64,000 nt of DNA from an uncultured delta proteobacterium (lineage in GTDB: Bacteria; Myxococcota_A; Polyangia; Fen-1088). A program made the position numbers and the translations under genes. Shown piece after piece: positions 9,435 through 20,964 of the stretch (the stretch's first letter is position 1; the number at the start of each line of letters is the position of its first letter). The DNA lies in the NCBI GenBank assembly GCA_963796685.1, contig CAWCMR010000025.1:1120001-1184000 (forward strand), written 5' to 3'. The notes under the pieces are model-generated. The model saw only the letters and a list, made by a program, of their open reading frames with translations, was not told the origin of the DNA and made no database searches.

Positions 9435-9782
9435 CTATTTCTTGCCGGACTTGGCGGCCTTGCGCTGGGCGCGGTATTCCTTGATCTTCGACTTGGGCAT
9501 GTCCTTGTGCTTCGCACAGACCATTCCGAAGACCGGAGCCGCGACGCCCGTGCAACCGGGCACCGGACAGAGCTGCCTGGGGCGGCGCTTGATGGGGGCG
9601 GCAACCGCGGGCGCGGAAGCAACCACGGCGCGAGTCGCACGGCCGCGACGGCCCGCGGGCGAGGCAGCGCCCGTGAAGGCAGCGGTAACGGCCTGCTGAA
9701 CGCGGCGGACGCTGTCGGCCTCGATCGCGGCCACAATCTGATTCACGAATCCTTCAACCAATGAACGAATGTTTGATTCCAT
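9435..9782 (-). CDS. Small basic protein with a C-x4-C-x11-C-x2-H motif (putative Zn-binding DNA-binding protein), 115 aa
   Basis: N-terminal amphipathic helix MESNIRSLVEGFVNQIVAAIEA, Ala/Arg/Pro linker, CPVPGC...CAKH, Lys/Arg-rich tail. Confidence 0.65.
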   Translation of the reverse strand: MESNIRSLVEGFVNQIVAAIEADSVRRVQQAVTAAFTGAASPAGRRGRATRAVVASAPAVAAPIKRRPRQLCPVPGCTGVAAPVFGMVCAKHKDMPKSKIKEYRAQRKAAKSGKK

Positions 9783-9957
9783 TTGACTGTTCTCTGTTGG
9801 AAATGGCGGCCAATGATGCCCCGATATCGGCAAAAGTAAAGTACCTTTTTCCACCTCGACTTGATTATTGAAGCTATTGACCGGCGAGCCCGCAATAGCA
9901 GTGCCCCTCTGAATGCACTTGACCCAATTTCCGTCTCGCGCAAATGATGGACGCGTC

Positions 9958-11954
9958 ATGGCGAAGCGGGTGCGCTCGAAAGCGGGTGGCATTGTCTCCT
10001 CGTTGTTCTCCGGAGACACGCGGGCTTTCTTCTCACGCTATTCCGATCTCGGACTGGCGGCCCTCGTTGTGCTGATCGTGGGCATGATGATCGTGCCCCT
10101 GCCGAATTTTCTGCTCGACCTTCTCATTTCACTGAATATAGGTGTTGGGGTCATTCTGCTGCTGGTCGCAATCTATGTGGGCGACGCACTGAAGATTGCG
10201 ACCTTTCCGAGTCTTTTGCTGCTGACCACCTTGTTCCGACTTGCCATCGAAGTATCGGCCACGCGCCTGATCCTACTCAAAGCCAATGCCGGCCAAGTCA
10301 TTCATGCCTTCGGCAGCTTCGTGGTGTCGGGCAATCTCGTCGTCGGTGTTGTCGTGTTTCTCATTCTCACGACGATTCAGTTCATCGTGATTGCGAAAGG
10401 CGCGGAACGTGTGGCAGAGGTCGGGGCGCGTTTCACCTTGGACGCCATGCCGGGTAAGCAACTGTCCATCGACGCCGAATTGCGCACCGGCCACATCGAT
10501 ACCGGCGAGGCGCGCCGACGACGCGCATTGCTGACCCGCGAATCGCAATTCTTCGGCGCCATGGACGGGGCCATGAAGTTCGTCAAGGGCGATGCCATTG
10601 CGGGCATCGTCGTGCTCGTCACCAACATCGTCGGCGGCCTGGCCATCGGGGTGCTGATGAAGGGCATGAACTTGTTCGCGGCTTTGCATACGTACACCCT
10701 ACTGACCATCGGCGAAGGTCTGGTGGCACAAATTCCCGCCCTGGTCATTTCCACTGCAGCCGGCATTCTCGTCACGCGCGTCTCCTCCGAAGAAGAAGGC
10801 GGCCATCTCGGCGGCGATATCGGCCGCCAGATTCTCGCCCAGCCCAAGGCACTTGCGGCATCCGCGACGCTGCTCTTCGGTTTGGCATTGGTTCCGGGTC
10901 TTCCCGCGGTGCCATTTCTCGTGCTCGGGGTGCTGCTCGGCTCGCTCGCCTACCGATTGATGAGAACCCGGCCCGCGCGCTCGGAAGCTCGCCGCCCTGG
11001 TCGGGGTGCAGAACGACCCGGGCAAGGCCGAACAGTCGCCGCGTGTTGCTTCGCCATTGCTGGTCCCTATTGCCATCGATCTTTCCGCGGAGCTTTCCCG
11101 GTCGATACTGCGACAACAAGCATCCGGATTGATGTCCGGACGGTTGGTGTCCTTGCGCGAGACCTTCTTCGCGGAAACCGGGATTTCCCTGCCAACCATC
11201 TGCGTGCGCGAAAACGCCGACGTTCTTGCGCCGGATGCCTACGTCATCCGGCTGCACGAGATCCCCACCGCGCACGGACGTGCACTGGCCGATGGGGGGA
11301 CGCTGCAAGCATCGTCACCCGCCCCCGACGAGATCATCGCCCAGCACTTGCTGCGGATTCTGCGCCGGCACGGCCACTTGTTCGTCGGGATTCAGGAAAC
11401 CCAGGCCTTGCTCGAAGGCTTGCAAGGCACGCACCCCCATCTCGTTCGCGAGGTCGTTCCCAAACTGATCAGCCCCGTCTTGCTGGCCGATGTGCTGCAA
11501 CGCCTGGCCAGGGAAGGAATCTCCTTACGCAACCTGAGCGAAATCCTGGGCGCGCTTGCCCTGAGCACGAACGACGGCCGCGACGCCGCCTCGCTCGCCG
11601 AGGTGGCTCGCGGCGCCCTGTGCCGGCAGATTACTTTCAAGCACAGCCGTTCCGATGGCAGCGTGGCTGTCTTCTACCTCGATTCCATGATCGAAGAGAC
11701 CCTGCGCGAGGCGATTCGCAAAAGCGGCACCGCAGCTCGCCTGGCCCTCGAGCCGGAAGCTCGCGGGCGACATCGTTTGCGCCGTGAAACGTGCCGTGAC
11801 GGCGGTGGCCGCGCCGGTCATCCTGACCACGGGCGACATTCGCCGCCACGTGCGTGAGCTGATCGAATCGGAGCAGCCGGAAGTCGCCGTGCTCGCCTAT
11901 CAGGAGCTGACGCCCGAGACGAAGCTGCAAGAGCTCGGCCGCATCTCGGTCTGA
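9958..11954 (+). CDS. FHIPEP-family export gate (FlhA/SctV), with two apparent frameshifts (about 10985 and 11757)
   Basis: FPSLLLLTTLFRLA, KGAERVAEVGARFTLDAMPGKQLSIDAEL, FFGAMDGAMKFVKGDAIAG, TIGEGLVAQIPAL in frame 1. Cytoplasmic domain (LQRLAREGISLRNL) in frame 2. C-terminus PVILTTGDIRRHVRELI...VLAYQEL in frame 3, ending TGA at 11954. Confidence 0.88.
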
Positions 11955-11964
11955 AACAAGACCC

Positions 11965-13269
11965 TCAATCGACCGGGAGATCTTTGTGGATGTAGTGCCG
12001 ACCGTCGGGACCGTAGTCGGTCGTGCACTGTCCGTGTCCGTACAATAGCCAACGGTAGGTGAGCAACCCCTCGACCCCCACCGGACCGCGGGCGTGCAGC
12101 TTGTCGGTGCTGATACCGACCTCGGCGCCCAGTCCGAAACGATAGCCGTCGGAAAAGCGCGTACTGGCGTTGTGGAACACGCACGCGGAATCCACCTCGT
12201 CGAGAAAGCGGGCTGCCGCCACGGCATCCTGGGCCAGGATGGTGTCGGTGTGGCGCGAGCCGTGCTCGGCAATGTGGGCCAGGGCTTCGTCGATGCCGGC
12301 CACCTGCCGGATCGATAGCACCAGGTCGCCGTACTCGGTGTCCCAGTCTTCGTCGCTGGCCGGTTTCAATTGCGGGTGGCGTTTGCGGGTCTCGGCGCAG
12401 CCGCGCAGCTCGACCTTGCATTCTTGCAGAGCTTTCACGCAAGCGTCCAGGGCCTCGCCCGCGCCACTGTCCCAAAGCAGGGTTTCGACCGCGTTGCACG
12501 CGGCTGGATAGCTGCACTTGGAATCGACCAGAACCCTTGCCGAGATGGCCGGATCCGCCGAGACGTGCAAGTAGGCGTGGCAAATGCCGTCGGCGTGGGC
12601 CATCACCGGAATCCGCGTGTGGCTGCGCACGTGGCGAATGAACTGCGACGAGCCGCGCGCGATGACCATCTCGACCACGTCGTGCATGCCGAGCAGGCTG
12701 TCCACCTCGGCCCGATCCTCGAGCAGCACCATGGCGGTCGGATCGATGTCGTGCTTGCGCAGCACCTGATGCGCCACGGCGGTCAGCGCGCGATTGCTTT
12801 GGACCGCTTCGCGTCCGCCCTTGAGCGCCACCGCGTTGCCGCTCTTCCAGGCGAGACTGGTGATCTGCACCAAGGCATCGGGGCGCGCCTCGAACACCAC
12901 GCCCAACACGCCCAGCGGCGCGCTGGTGCGCTTGAGGATGAGACCGTGGTCGAGAATGCGGTGACTCAGCGTGCGCCCGACCAGCTCGGGCATGGCCGCG
13001 AGCTGCCTGATGCCGTCGATGGTGGTGACCAGCTTCTTTTCGTCGAGCGACAGGCGCTTCACCAAGGCGCCATGAAGCCGGCCGGCCTTTTCTTCCTCGC
13101 GGGCCACCGCGGTGTCCGCGGCGTTGGCGGCGAGAATCGCTTGCTGGGCCTGGGGGTCGGACAAGGCCGCGGCGAAATCCGAAAGCAGGGCACTGCGCTC
13201 GGGTCCGGAAAGCAGCGCCAACCGCCGAGCCGCGACGCGCGCCGCCTGAAGAGTTTCGCGAAGGTTCAT
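11965..13269 (-). CDS. proA: Gamma-glutamyl phosphate reductase
   Basis: [68 protein letters not shown]. Confidence 0.96.
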   Translation of the reverse strand: MNLRETLQAARVAARRLALLSGPERSALLSDFAAALSDPQAQQAILAANAADTAVAREEEKAGRLHGALVKRLSLDEKKLVTTIDGIRQLAAMPELVGRTLSHRILDHGLILKRTSAPLGVLGVVFEARPDALVQITSLAWKSGNAVALKGGREAVQSNRALTAVAHQVLRKHDIDPTAMVLLEDRAEVDSLLGMHDVVEMVIARGSSQFIRHVRSHTRIPVMAHADGICHAYLHVSADPAISARVLVDSKCSYPAACNAVETLLWDSGAGEALDACVKALQECKVELRGCAETRKRHPQLKPASDEDWDTEYGDLVLSIRQVAGIDEALAHIAEHGSRHTDTILAQDAVAAARFLDEVDSACVFHNASTRFSDGYRFGLGAEVGISTDKLHARGPVGVEGLLTYRWLLYGHGQCTTDYGPDGRHYIHKDLPVD

Positions 13270-13388
13270 GGCGGAATTGTACCCCATCGGCGCACGTGCC
13301 GGATCCTGTTGGGGCGGGTTTCGAACCTGCCCCTACGATTCCTCATTCTGCCCTGCCGAGACCCGAGAAATCGGCTAACGTCTGGCCT

Positions 13389-14948
<1,560 letters not shown>

Positions 14949-15035
14949 CGCACATCGAAAGAGGCCTGTTGGGGTGAGGGGCTTGGCATCGGGGGATCTC
15001 CGGCTGGACGACTGTGGTATCGTGACCTTCGTACC

Positions 15036-16298
15036 GTGATTGGAACCCGCACGCCCATCGCATTGTTGGCCGGTTTCTGGTTGCTCATGCCGGCCCTGAC
15101 GGCAGACGCCGCCGAGGTCACGCGGGTGCTCACGGCACGCAGCTTGAAGGACTTCGATGTCGACGTCTCGGTCGACTGGCAGCACGACAGCAGCAGGGCG
15201 TCCATCAAGCGCGAGCTCGTCCAAGCGACAGGGACCTCCGTGGTCAACGATATCATTCATCACGAGACCCGAGACTCGATGCAGCTGCGTGCCGAAGCCG
15301 GCGTCTTCCGCGACCTCAGCTTCGTCCTCACGGGCTCGTTCGTGCTCGCCGATCAGCGCGGCCTCGACTTCGACCGCAGCGATTGCGCGGCCGCACCCTG
15401 TCTCGAAACCCTGCTTCGCGACGGCTTTCTGCCAGGCACCCAAAACACGACCTGGGGTCTCGACGCCGAGCACGGCGGCGCCGCCTTCGCGCCTCCATCC
15501 GGGCAGGTCTTCCGCGGTCCGGATCGCAGCGGTTTCGAGTACCTCGGTCTGGGACTGCGCTGGGCCGCCATGAACCAGGCCCGCGATCCGACCAAGCCCA
15601 CGTGGATCGTGGGCCTCGAAACGCGGCTATCGGTGGCCGACGACCAGCGGTTCGATCCCGGCAAGCCCACCGCCAACCGCAGCGTGGGCCTCGGCTACCA
15701 CCAGTTCATCGTGACCACCATGTTTTCGCGCAAGCTCGGCAATGTCGAGCCCTACATGGGCGGCTTCTTCATGCAGCCTGCGCTGACCTCGACCAGCGTG
15801 TACAAGAACCTGGGCACCGGTTCCTTCGCAGAGCCGCAGCGCCGGACGGGTGGCGAGCTCGGCATCGAAGGCACGGTTTGGGAGGATCCCGCGCTGCACG
15901 CGCGCATCGCCCTGGAGGCCTCCGGGCGCTTCGAGTACCGCTTCGAGGGCCTGGCGCAGAGCGAGCTGTGGGAGGTTCTCTCGGGCGACTCGCGCTGCGC
16001 GACCGACACCAGCCATTGCCGGCCCGGCATCGACGTGGACAGCCAGGGCCATCTCGCGCCCAACCCGGGCGTCGTGCGCAGCCCGGCCTACGGCCTGGTC
16101 GCCGGCAACGCAGGACTTTCGGCGCACATCGGCCGCCACGCTCGCCTGCGCTCCCTATTCGGCATGTCCTTCGAAGAGGCCCACTTCCTTACCGACGCCA
16201 CCTCGGGCAACAGCGTCTACGACATCCCCGGCCGCCGTTTTCGCGTCGAGGGTCAGTACGCCTGGCACATCCTGATGGACGCCGCGGCTACCTTCTGA
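15036..16298 (+). CDS. Hypothetical secreted protein, probable outer-membrane beta-barrel
   Basis: Signal peptide, alternating beta-strand pattern, C-terminal Phe (AAATF). Confidence 0.6.
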   Translation: MIGTRTPIALLAGFWLLMPALTADAAEVTRVLTARSLKDFDVDVSVDWQHDSSRASIKRELVQATGTSVVNDIIHHETRDSMQLRAEAGVFRDLSFVLTGSFVLADQRGLDFDRSDCAAAPCLETLLRDGFLPGTQNTTWGLDAEHGGAAFAPPSGQVFRGPDRSGFEYLGLGLRWAAMNQARDPTKPTWIVGLETRLSVADDQRFDPGKPTANRSVGLGYHQFIVTTMFSRKLGNVEPYMGGFFMQPALTSTSVYKNLGTGSFAEPQRRTGGELGIEGTVWEDPALHARIALEASGRFEYRFEGLAQSELWEVLSGDSRCATDTSHCRPGIDVDSQGHLAPNPGVVRSPAYGLVAGNAGLSAHIGRHARLRSLFGMSFEEAHFLTDATSGNSVYDIPGRRFRVEGQYAWHILMDAAATF

Positions 16299-17157
16299 CG
16301 GCCAGCACGACCTGGTAGATGTCGCGGCGGGACCGCTTGCTCTCGCTGGCCAAGGCATCGGCCACGTCCCGCGCGGACATGCCCGTGGCCAGCAGCGTCC
16401 GAGCGCGCTCGACGAGAGCGTCCTCGTCTTCCTCACCCTCCGGTGCCCCCTCGCTGGCGCCGCCCACCACCAAGGTGATTTCGCCGAGCGGTCGCGTGGA
16501 GGCGTAGCGCTCGGCCAATTCACCGAGGGTGCCGCGCACCAGCTCTTCGTGGGTCTTGGTCAGCTCGCGGGCCAGGCACGCCGGGCGCGACGGGCCCAGC
16601 ACGGCGGACAGCTCGGCCAGGGTTGGCCCGACTCGATGCGGAGATTCGTAGAAGATCAACGTCGCGCCAAGCTGGCCCAGGCGCGTAAAGAGAAGGCGGC
16701 GCGCGCCCGTCTTGCGCGGCGGAAAACCCGCGAAATAGAAATTCGCCGTGGGGAGTCCCGAGGCGACCAGCGCGGCCAGCAGCGCCGACGGCCCCGGGAT
16801 GGGCACGACCTGCGCGCCCAGGGCGACGGCGGCCCGGACCACGCGATACCCCGGATCCGACACCGCGGGGGTTCCCGCCTCGGAAAGCAGCGCCACGCTC
16901 TGACCCGCGCGCAAGAAGGCGCATGCCTCCTGCGCACGCTCGGGCTCGTTGGCGTCGAAACAGGATTGCGTGCGGCGGTCGATGCCGTGCGAGGACAAGA
17001 GCTTGCGCGCCGAGCGCGTGTCCTCGGCCAGCACAACGTCCACCCGGCGCAAGGTTTCAATCGCACGAGGCGAGAAATCATCGGGGTTGCCGATGGACGA
17101 TGCGACAACGTAGAGCGTGCCGAGTAAACCCACGAGGCAGTGGATCGCACGGATCAT
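16288..17157 (-). CDS. rsmI: 16S rRNA C1402 2'-O-methyltransferase
   Basis: GTLYVVASSIGNPDDFSPRA, AEDTR, SEAGTPAVSDPG, PIPGPSA, FYESPHR, ARELTKTHEE, GEITLVV. Exact start uncertain. Confidence 0.93.
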   Translation of the reverse strand: MIRAIHCLVGLLGTLYVVASSIGNPDDFSPRAIETLRRVDVVLAEDTRSARKLLSSHGIDRRTQSCFDANEPERAQEACAFLRAGQSVALLSEAGTPAVSDPGYRVVRAAVALGAQVVPIPGPSALLAALVASGLPTANFYFAGFPPRKTGARRLLFTRLGQLGATLIFYESPHRVGPTLAELSAVLGPSRPACLARELTKTHEELVRGTLGELAERYASTRPLGEITLVVGGASEGAPEGEEDEDALVERARTLLATGMSARDVADALASESKRSRRDIYQVVLAVRR

Positions 17158-17187
17158 GCCCTGCCCGCAAGTGTGGATCTAAGTAAG

Positions 17188-17681
17188 AACCCTGGGAGGG
17201 CCCTCCCAGGGTTCCCATCATCCGCGTTCGCGGAGGCCGGCTTTGCCGGCCGCAGCCAGAGCGCGCGAGGGTTTGGGAACCCTCCCAGGGTTCCCATCAT
17301 CCGCGTTGGCGGAGGCCGGCTTTGCCGGCCGTAGCCAGAGCGCGCGAGGCCGAGCGCAGCGAGCGGGGTGGCGGGTGGCGGGTAGGGGCCGAGGGTTTGG
17401 GAACCCTTTGAGGGTTCCCATCACATCAAACGCGTTGGCGGAGGCCGGCTTTGCCGGCCGTAGCCAGAGCGCGCGAGGCCGAGCGCAGCGAGCGGGGTGG
17501 CGGGTGGCGGGTAGGGGCCGAGGGTTTGGGAACCCTTTGAGGGTTCCCATCACATCAAACGCGTTGGCGGAGGCCGGCTTTGCCGGCCGTAGCCAGAGCG
17601 CGCGAGGCCGAGCGCAGCGAGCGGGGTGGCGGGTGGCGGGTAGGGGCCGAGGGTTTGGGAACCCTTTGAGGGTTCCCATCA
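17188..17681 (-). repeat. Tandem array of the two-hairpin repeat family (three 129-bp units plus one or two short units)
   Basis: GAGGGTTTGGGAACCCTTTGAGGGTTCCCATCA at 17391, 17520 and 17649; related shorter units at 17188-17300. Confidence 0.9.
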
Positions 17682-18386
17682 CTATGTCCTGTTGACCACC
17701 AGATCCACGGGAGAGCCCTTGGGCGCCTGCTGATTGGCTGCGGGAGTCTGTTCCAAAATCAAGCCGTCCGAGTGATCCTCGTCGGAGCGCGAATGCAGGT
17801 TGCCCACTGTGAAACCGGCCTTCTGCAACTCCTCCTTGGCCTTGGACAGCGAGCGGCCGACCACGCTCGGCACCGGGATTGCGGCCACGCCCTTGGAGAC
17901 CACGAGATCGATCGCCGTGCCCACCTTGGCTTCATTGCCCTCGGGCACGCTCTGCGAGACGACGTTCCCCTCCTTCACCTCGGCGCTGTTCTCCTCGGCG
18001 ATCTTGCCCAAGGCCAGCTTGGCCATCTCGATGCGCAGTTTGGCCTCGCCCAAGGGCAGTCCTACCAGCGCCGGTGCCTTGCCCAGAGTAGGGGCCTTGG
18101 CCACGGTGACATCCACCGCCTGCCCGCGTTCGATGCGCGAGCCATCGAGTGGCCGCTGGGCGATGATGTTCCCGGCGGGCACCTTGCCATCCTCGCGTTC
18201 CGCGCCCACGACGAACATCAGCCCGCGGCTTTCGATCAGCTCGCGGGCGCTTTGGGTCGGTAACCCGAGCACCGAGGGAACTTCCACCGCCTCGCGGGAA
18301 AGCCCCGTGCGCTGAAGAACGAAGGTCGTTCCGGCGGCCACGACGGCCGCAACCACTGCGGAAACTGCCACGTCTCGAAATGCCAT
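17682..18386 (-). CDS. Membrane-anchored protein with three PASTA domains
   Basis: N-terminal TM, then VEVPSVLGL, APALVGL, VPSVVGRS repeats each ending V(D/E)(V/L)(T/V)V. Confidence 0.85.
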   Translation of the reverse strand: MAFRDVAVSAVVAAVVAAGTTFVLQRTGLSREAVEVPSVLGLPTQSARELIESRGLMFVVGAEREDGKVPAGNIIAQRPLDGSRIERGQAVDVTVAKAPTLGKAPALVGLPLGEAKLRIEMAKLALGKIAEENSAEVKEGNVVSQSVPEGNEAKVGTAIDLVVSKGVAAIPVPSVVGRSLSKAKEELQKAGFTVGNLHSRSDEDHSDGLILEQTPAANQQAPKGSPVDLVVNRT

Positions 18387-18426
18387 AGGTCTGGATGGTA
18401 GCACCCTGCGGAAAATCCGCAGCTTT

Positions 18427-19467
18427 TCAGACACCCTGGGTCGTGGGAGTGACGGGCTCGGGTGTGGTCTCGGCCTCGTAAACCGAGTCCGGGGTGAACA
18501 CGGCGCCGGCATGCTTGCCGCTGGCTGTCGCCCCCGGCCATACCACGCTGCGAGCGATCTCCGCGCCCGCGACGACGCGCCCTCCGCCGCAGACCACCGT
18601 CAGTGGCCCGACCACGGCACCGGCCTCGACGACTGCACCGGCCGCAACGCGGACCGGCCCGCGAATCTCGGCGCTCTTGTCCACCTGGGCGCCTTTGTCC
18701 ACACCCACCAGCGGCCCGGGCGCCTGTGGCAGGAAGGCCGGGTTTTGCAGAAGGTCCAGGTTTCCCGCCAGGTAGCGCTCGGGCGTCGAGTGCTCGGCGA
18801 AGTACCCGGTCATGGTGATGGTTCCGATGCGGTTTCCGGCCAGCAGCGCGGGGATGTAGGCGTCGCCGATGACGTCCGACACCCCTTCGGGCAGCCGATC
18901 GAGCAATCCCGGTTCGACGACATGAATCCCGGCGAACATGCGCGGCAACACGGGTCCGAAGGAGGTACGATCGGCGCGCTTCCCTCGAATGCTGAGCACG
19001 GCCCCGGTGGCATCCACCCCGATGGGCGCCCACAGCTCGGGATTGGGATCGGCGCGCACGACCATGGTGGCCACGGTACCAGGGGCGGCAGCGCGATGCG
19101 CAGACACCACTGCCTCGAGGTCGATATCCGCGGCGATCTTGCCATTCATGACCAGCACGGGGCCCGGCGAGAACATGTACCGTGCCTTCCACAACGCCCC
19201 GCCCGTGCCGAACAGCTCTTCCTCCGCCGAGTAGCGCAGGCGCACGCCAAAGCGCGAGCCGTCGCCCAGGGTCTGACCAATCTTGTCGCCATGGTGATGC
19301 AGGTTGATCACGATGTCGCAGAACCCTGCTCGACGGCAGAGCTCGATACCGTAAGTGATGACAGGGTATCCGCACACCGGCAAGAGTGGCTTGGGCAGCG
19401 CCAGCCCCATGAAACCGAGGCGCGTCGAACGCCCGGCAGCGAGAATCATCGCTTGCATGGTCGCCAT
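18427..19467 (-). CDS. NDP-sugar nucleotidyltransferase (mannose-1-P guanylyltransferase/MurU-like) with a left-handed beta-helix tail
   Basis: AMILAAGRSTRL...PKPLLPV, VINLHH, GTGGAL, C-terminal hexapeptide repeats. Start may be 19458. Confidence 0.85.
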   Translation of the reverse strand: MATMQAMILAAGRSTRLGFMGLALPKPLLPVCGYPVITYGIELCRRAGFCDIVINLHHHGDKIGQTLGDGSRFGVRLRYSAEEELFGTGGALWKARYMFSPGPVLVMNGKIAADIDLEAVVSAHRAAAPGTVATMVVRADPNPELWAPIGVDATGAVLSIRGKRADRTSFGPVLPRMFAGIHVVEPGLLDRLPEGVSDVIGDAYIPALLAGNRIGTITMTGYFAEHSTPERYLAGNLDLLQNPAFLPQAPGPLVGVDKGAQVDKSAEIRGPVRVAAGAVVEAGAVVGPLTVVCGGGRVVAGAEIARSVVWPGATASGKHAGAVFTPDSVYEAETTPEPVTPTTQGV

Positions 19468-19585
19468 TATCCCCCACTCGCCAGGCGATGAACACTTTGC
19501 CGGGCGGAATCGCCGGATGCCTGCGGCAAAAAGATCCCGAATAGCCCCGCGGCGAAAGTCCTCTTTTTGTGCGAAAATGGTCTTT

Positions 19586-20479
19586 ATGCTGGGTACCATC
19601 GGGCTGTTTCTCCGCTCCAACGACAACGACTACCAGCAGCGGCTCAAGGAGGTCGGCCTTCGCGAGGCCAAGCGGCAAGGGTTCGACATCGTCCTCGAAT
19701 CGGCGCAAAACGACCCGGCCAGGCAAGTCGAGCAGATCCGCGCGGCCATCGCCAAAGCCTCTACGACCAAGCTGGCTGCGATCTTGGTCAGCACCGTGCG
19801 CGACGAGGTTCTGCCCGATTTGGTGCGTGAGGCCGCCGAGGCTGGCATCGATTGGGCGCTGCTCAACGAAGGCACGTTCATCGATGCGATTCGCGATCAA
19901 TACCCGTCCCGCGCGATCTTCGTCATGACGCCGGACCAGCTCGAGATCGGCCGCATTCATGGCCGCCAGGTTCGTGCCTTGGTCGGCAGCACGGGCAAGG
20001 TCCTGTGCGTGACGGGCCCGCTCAGCACCGAGACGGCGCAACAGCGCCTGGATGGCCTGAAGGAGATCCTCGCTGGCGACTTCAACCTCATCGAGCTGAA
20101 CGCGGACTGGACCAGCGAACGAGCGCGCATGGTCGTCGAACGCTGGGCGGTAGACCTCGGTGCGGATACGGACCTACCGGGCATGTTCGTGGCCCATAAC
20201 GACGAAATGGCGCTGGGGGTACGCCAGGCTCTGCGCGACGTTGCTTCTCAAAAGGATCTTCCGCTGGCCACCTTGCCCATTACGGGCTGCGACGGGTCGC
20301 AGACCTTCGGGCAGCGACTGGTGCGCGAAGGCCGCATCAAGGCCACGGTCATCATGCCCCCAGCTTCGGGCGCGGCCATCGAGTGGATCGCTCGCTCACG
20401 CACGCGCGGCGAGCGCCCCCCCGTGCGCGTGGTGCAACCGGTGACCTCCTTCCCCAATGTTTCAGCCCTGAAACGCTGA
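19586..20479 (+). CDS. Type I periplasmic-binding-protein (RbsB/LacI sensor) fold protein with no obvious signal peptide
   Basis: AQNDPARQVEQIRAAI, ADWTSERA, FVAHNDEMALG, ITGCDG motifs typical of sugar-binding PBP1 domains. Confidence 0.75.
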   Translation: MLGTIGLFLRSNDNDYQQRLKEVGLREAKRQGFDIVLESAQNDPARQVEQIRAAIAKASTTKLAAILVSTVRDEVLPDLVREAAEAGIDWALLNEGTFIDAIRDQYPSRAIFVMTPDQLEIGRIHGRQVRALVGSTGKVLCVTGPLSTETAQQRLDGLKEILAGDFNLIELNADWTSERARMVVERWAVDLGADTDLPGMFVAHNDEMALGVRQALRDVASQKDLPLATLPITGCDGSQTFGQRLVREGRIKATVIMPPASGAAIEWIARSRTRGERPPVRVVQPVTSFPNVSALKR

Positions 20480-20494
20480 GCTCAGCCGGGTCAT

Positions 20495-20538
20495 TTGACA
20501 TGTATCCCTCTGTGGTTTAATATCCTACATTAAACCAC
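20495..20538 (+). promoter_or_regulatory. Sigma70 promoter with an overlapping palindromic operator upstream of a PilZ gene
   Basis: TTGACA (20495-20500)-N17-TAATAT (20518-20523); perfect inverted repeat GTGGTTTAAT-N7-ATTAAACCAC (20512-20538). Confidence 0.7.
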
Positions 20539-20550
20539 CTGGAGATCGTC

Positions 20551-20964
20551 ATGACTCAATCTCTCTTCGACAACCGTCGATTCGACTCGCGCATCCCGCT
20601 CGAGATGTATGTCAGCGCCTACGTGCTCGATCAGCCCCAGCGCGCGGTCACCATGGACATCAGCGAGAGCGGGCTCTATCTCAACGCTCTCATCCAACAC
20701 CCCTATCCGCCGCGCACGCCGGTGGGCCTGGAATTCGAGCTACCGGCCCTGGGCGAAACCATCTGGGCCGCGGGCGAAACCTGCCGAGAATCCCTGGACG
20801 ACTACTTCTATGGCCTCGGGGTTCGCTTCACCAGGATGGCAAACCTGCACCAGCGCATGCTGCGCGAATATTGCTGGCGCGCCCGAGGAGGAAGGCCGGC
20901 GCGGAAACCGGCGCAGCAGCCCCGCCGTTCGTTCAAGTTTTGGTCAACTCTAAGGCTGCCTTGA
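20551..20964 (+). CDS. PilZ-domain protein
   Basis: RRFDSR (RxxxR) and DISESG (DxSxxG); GVRF; GGAG SD. Confidence 0.85.
   Translation: MTQSLFDNRRFDSRIPLEMYVSAYVLDQPQRAVTMDISESGLYLNALIQHPYPPRTPVGLEFELPALGETIWAAGETCRESLDDYFYGLGVRFTRMANLHQRMLREYCWRARGGRPARKPAQQPRRSFKFWSTLRLP

Noticed and set aside
10981-11765. Programmed ribosomal frameshifting in the flhA-like gene
   Set aside because: No slippery heptamer, and the same lesion occurs on the opposite strand sense in obg, favouring a sequencing artefact at a DNA palindrome.
17188-17695. Possible CRISPR array, or the repetitive ORFs 17218..17682 and 17243..17695
   Set aside because: Units are identical with no unique spacers; the ORFs stay open only because 129 is a multiple of 3 and the DNA is GC-rich.
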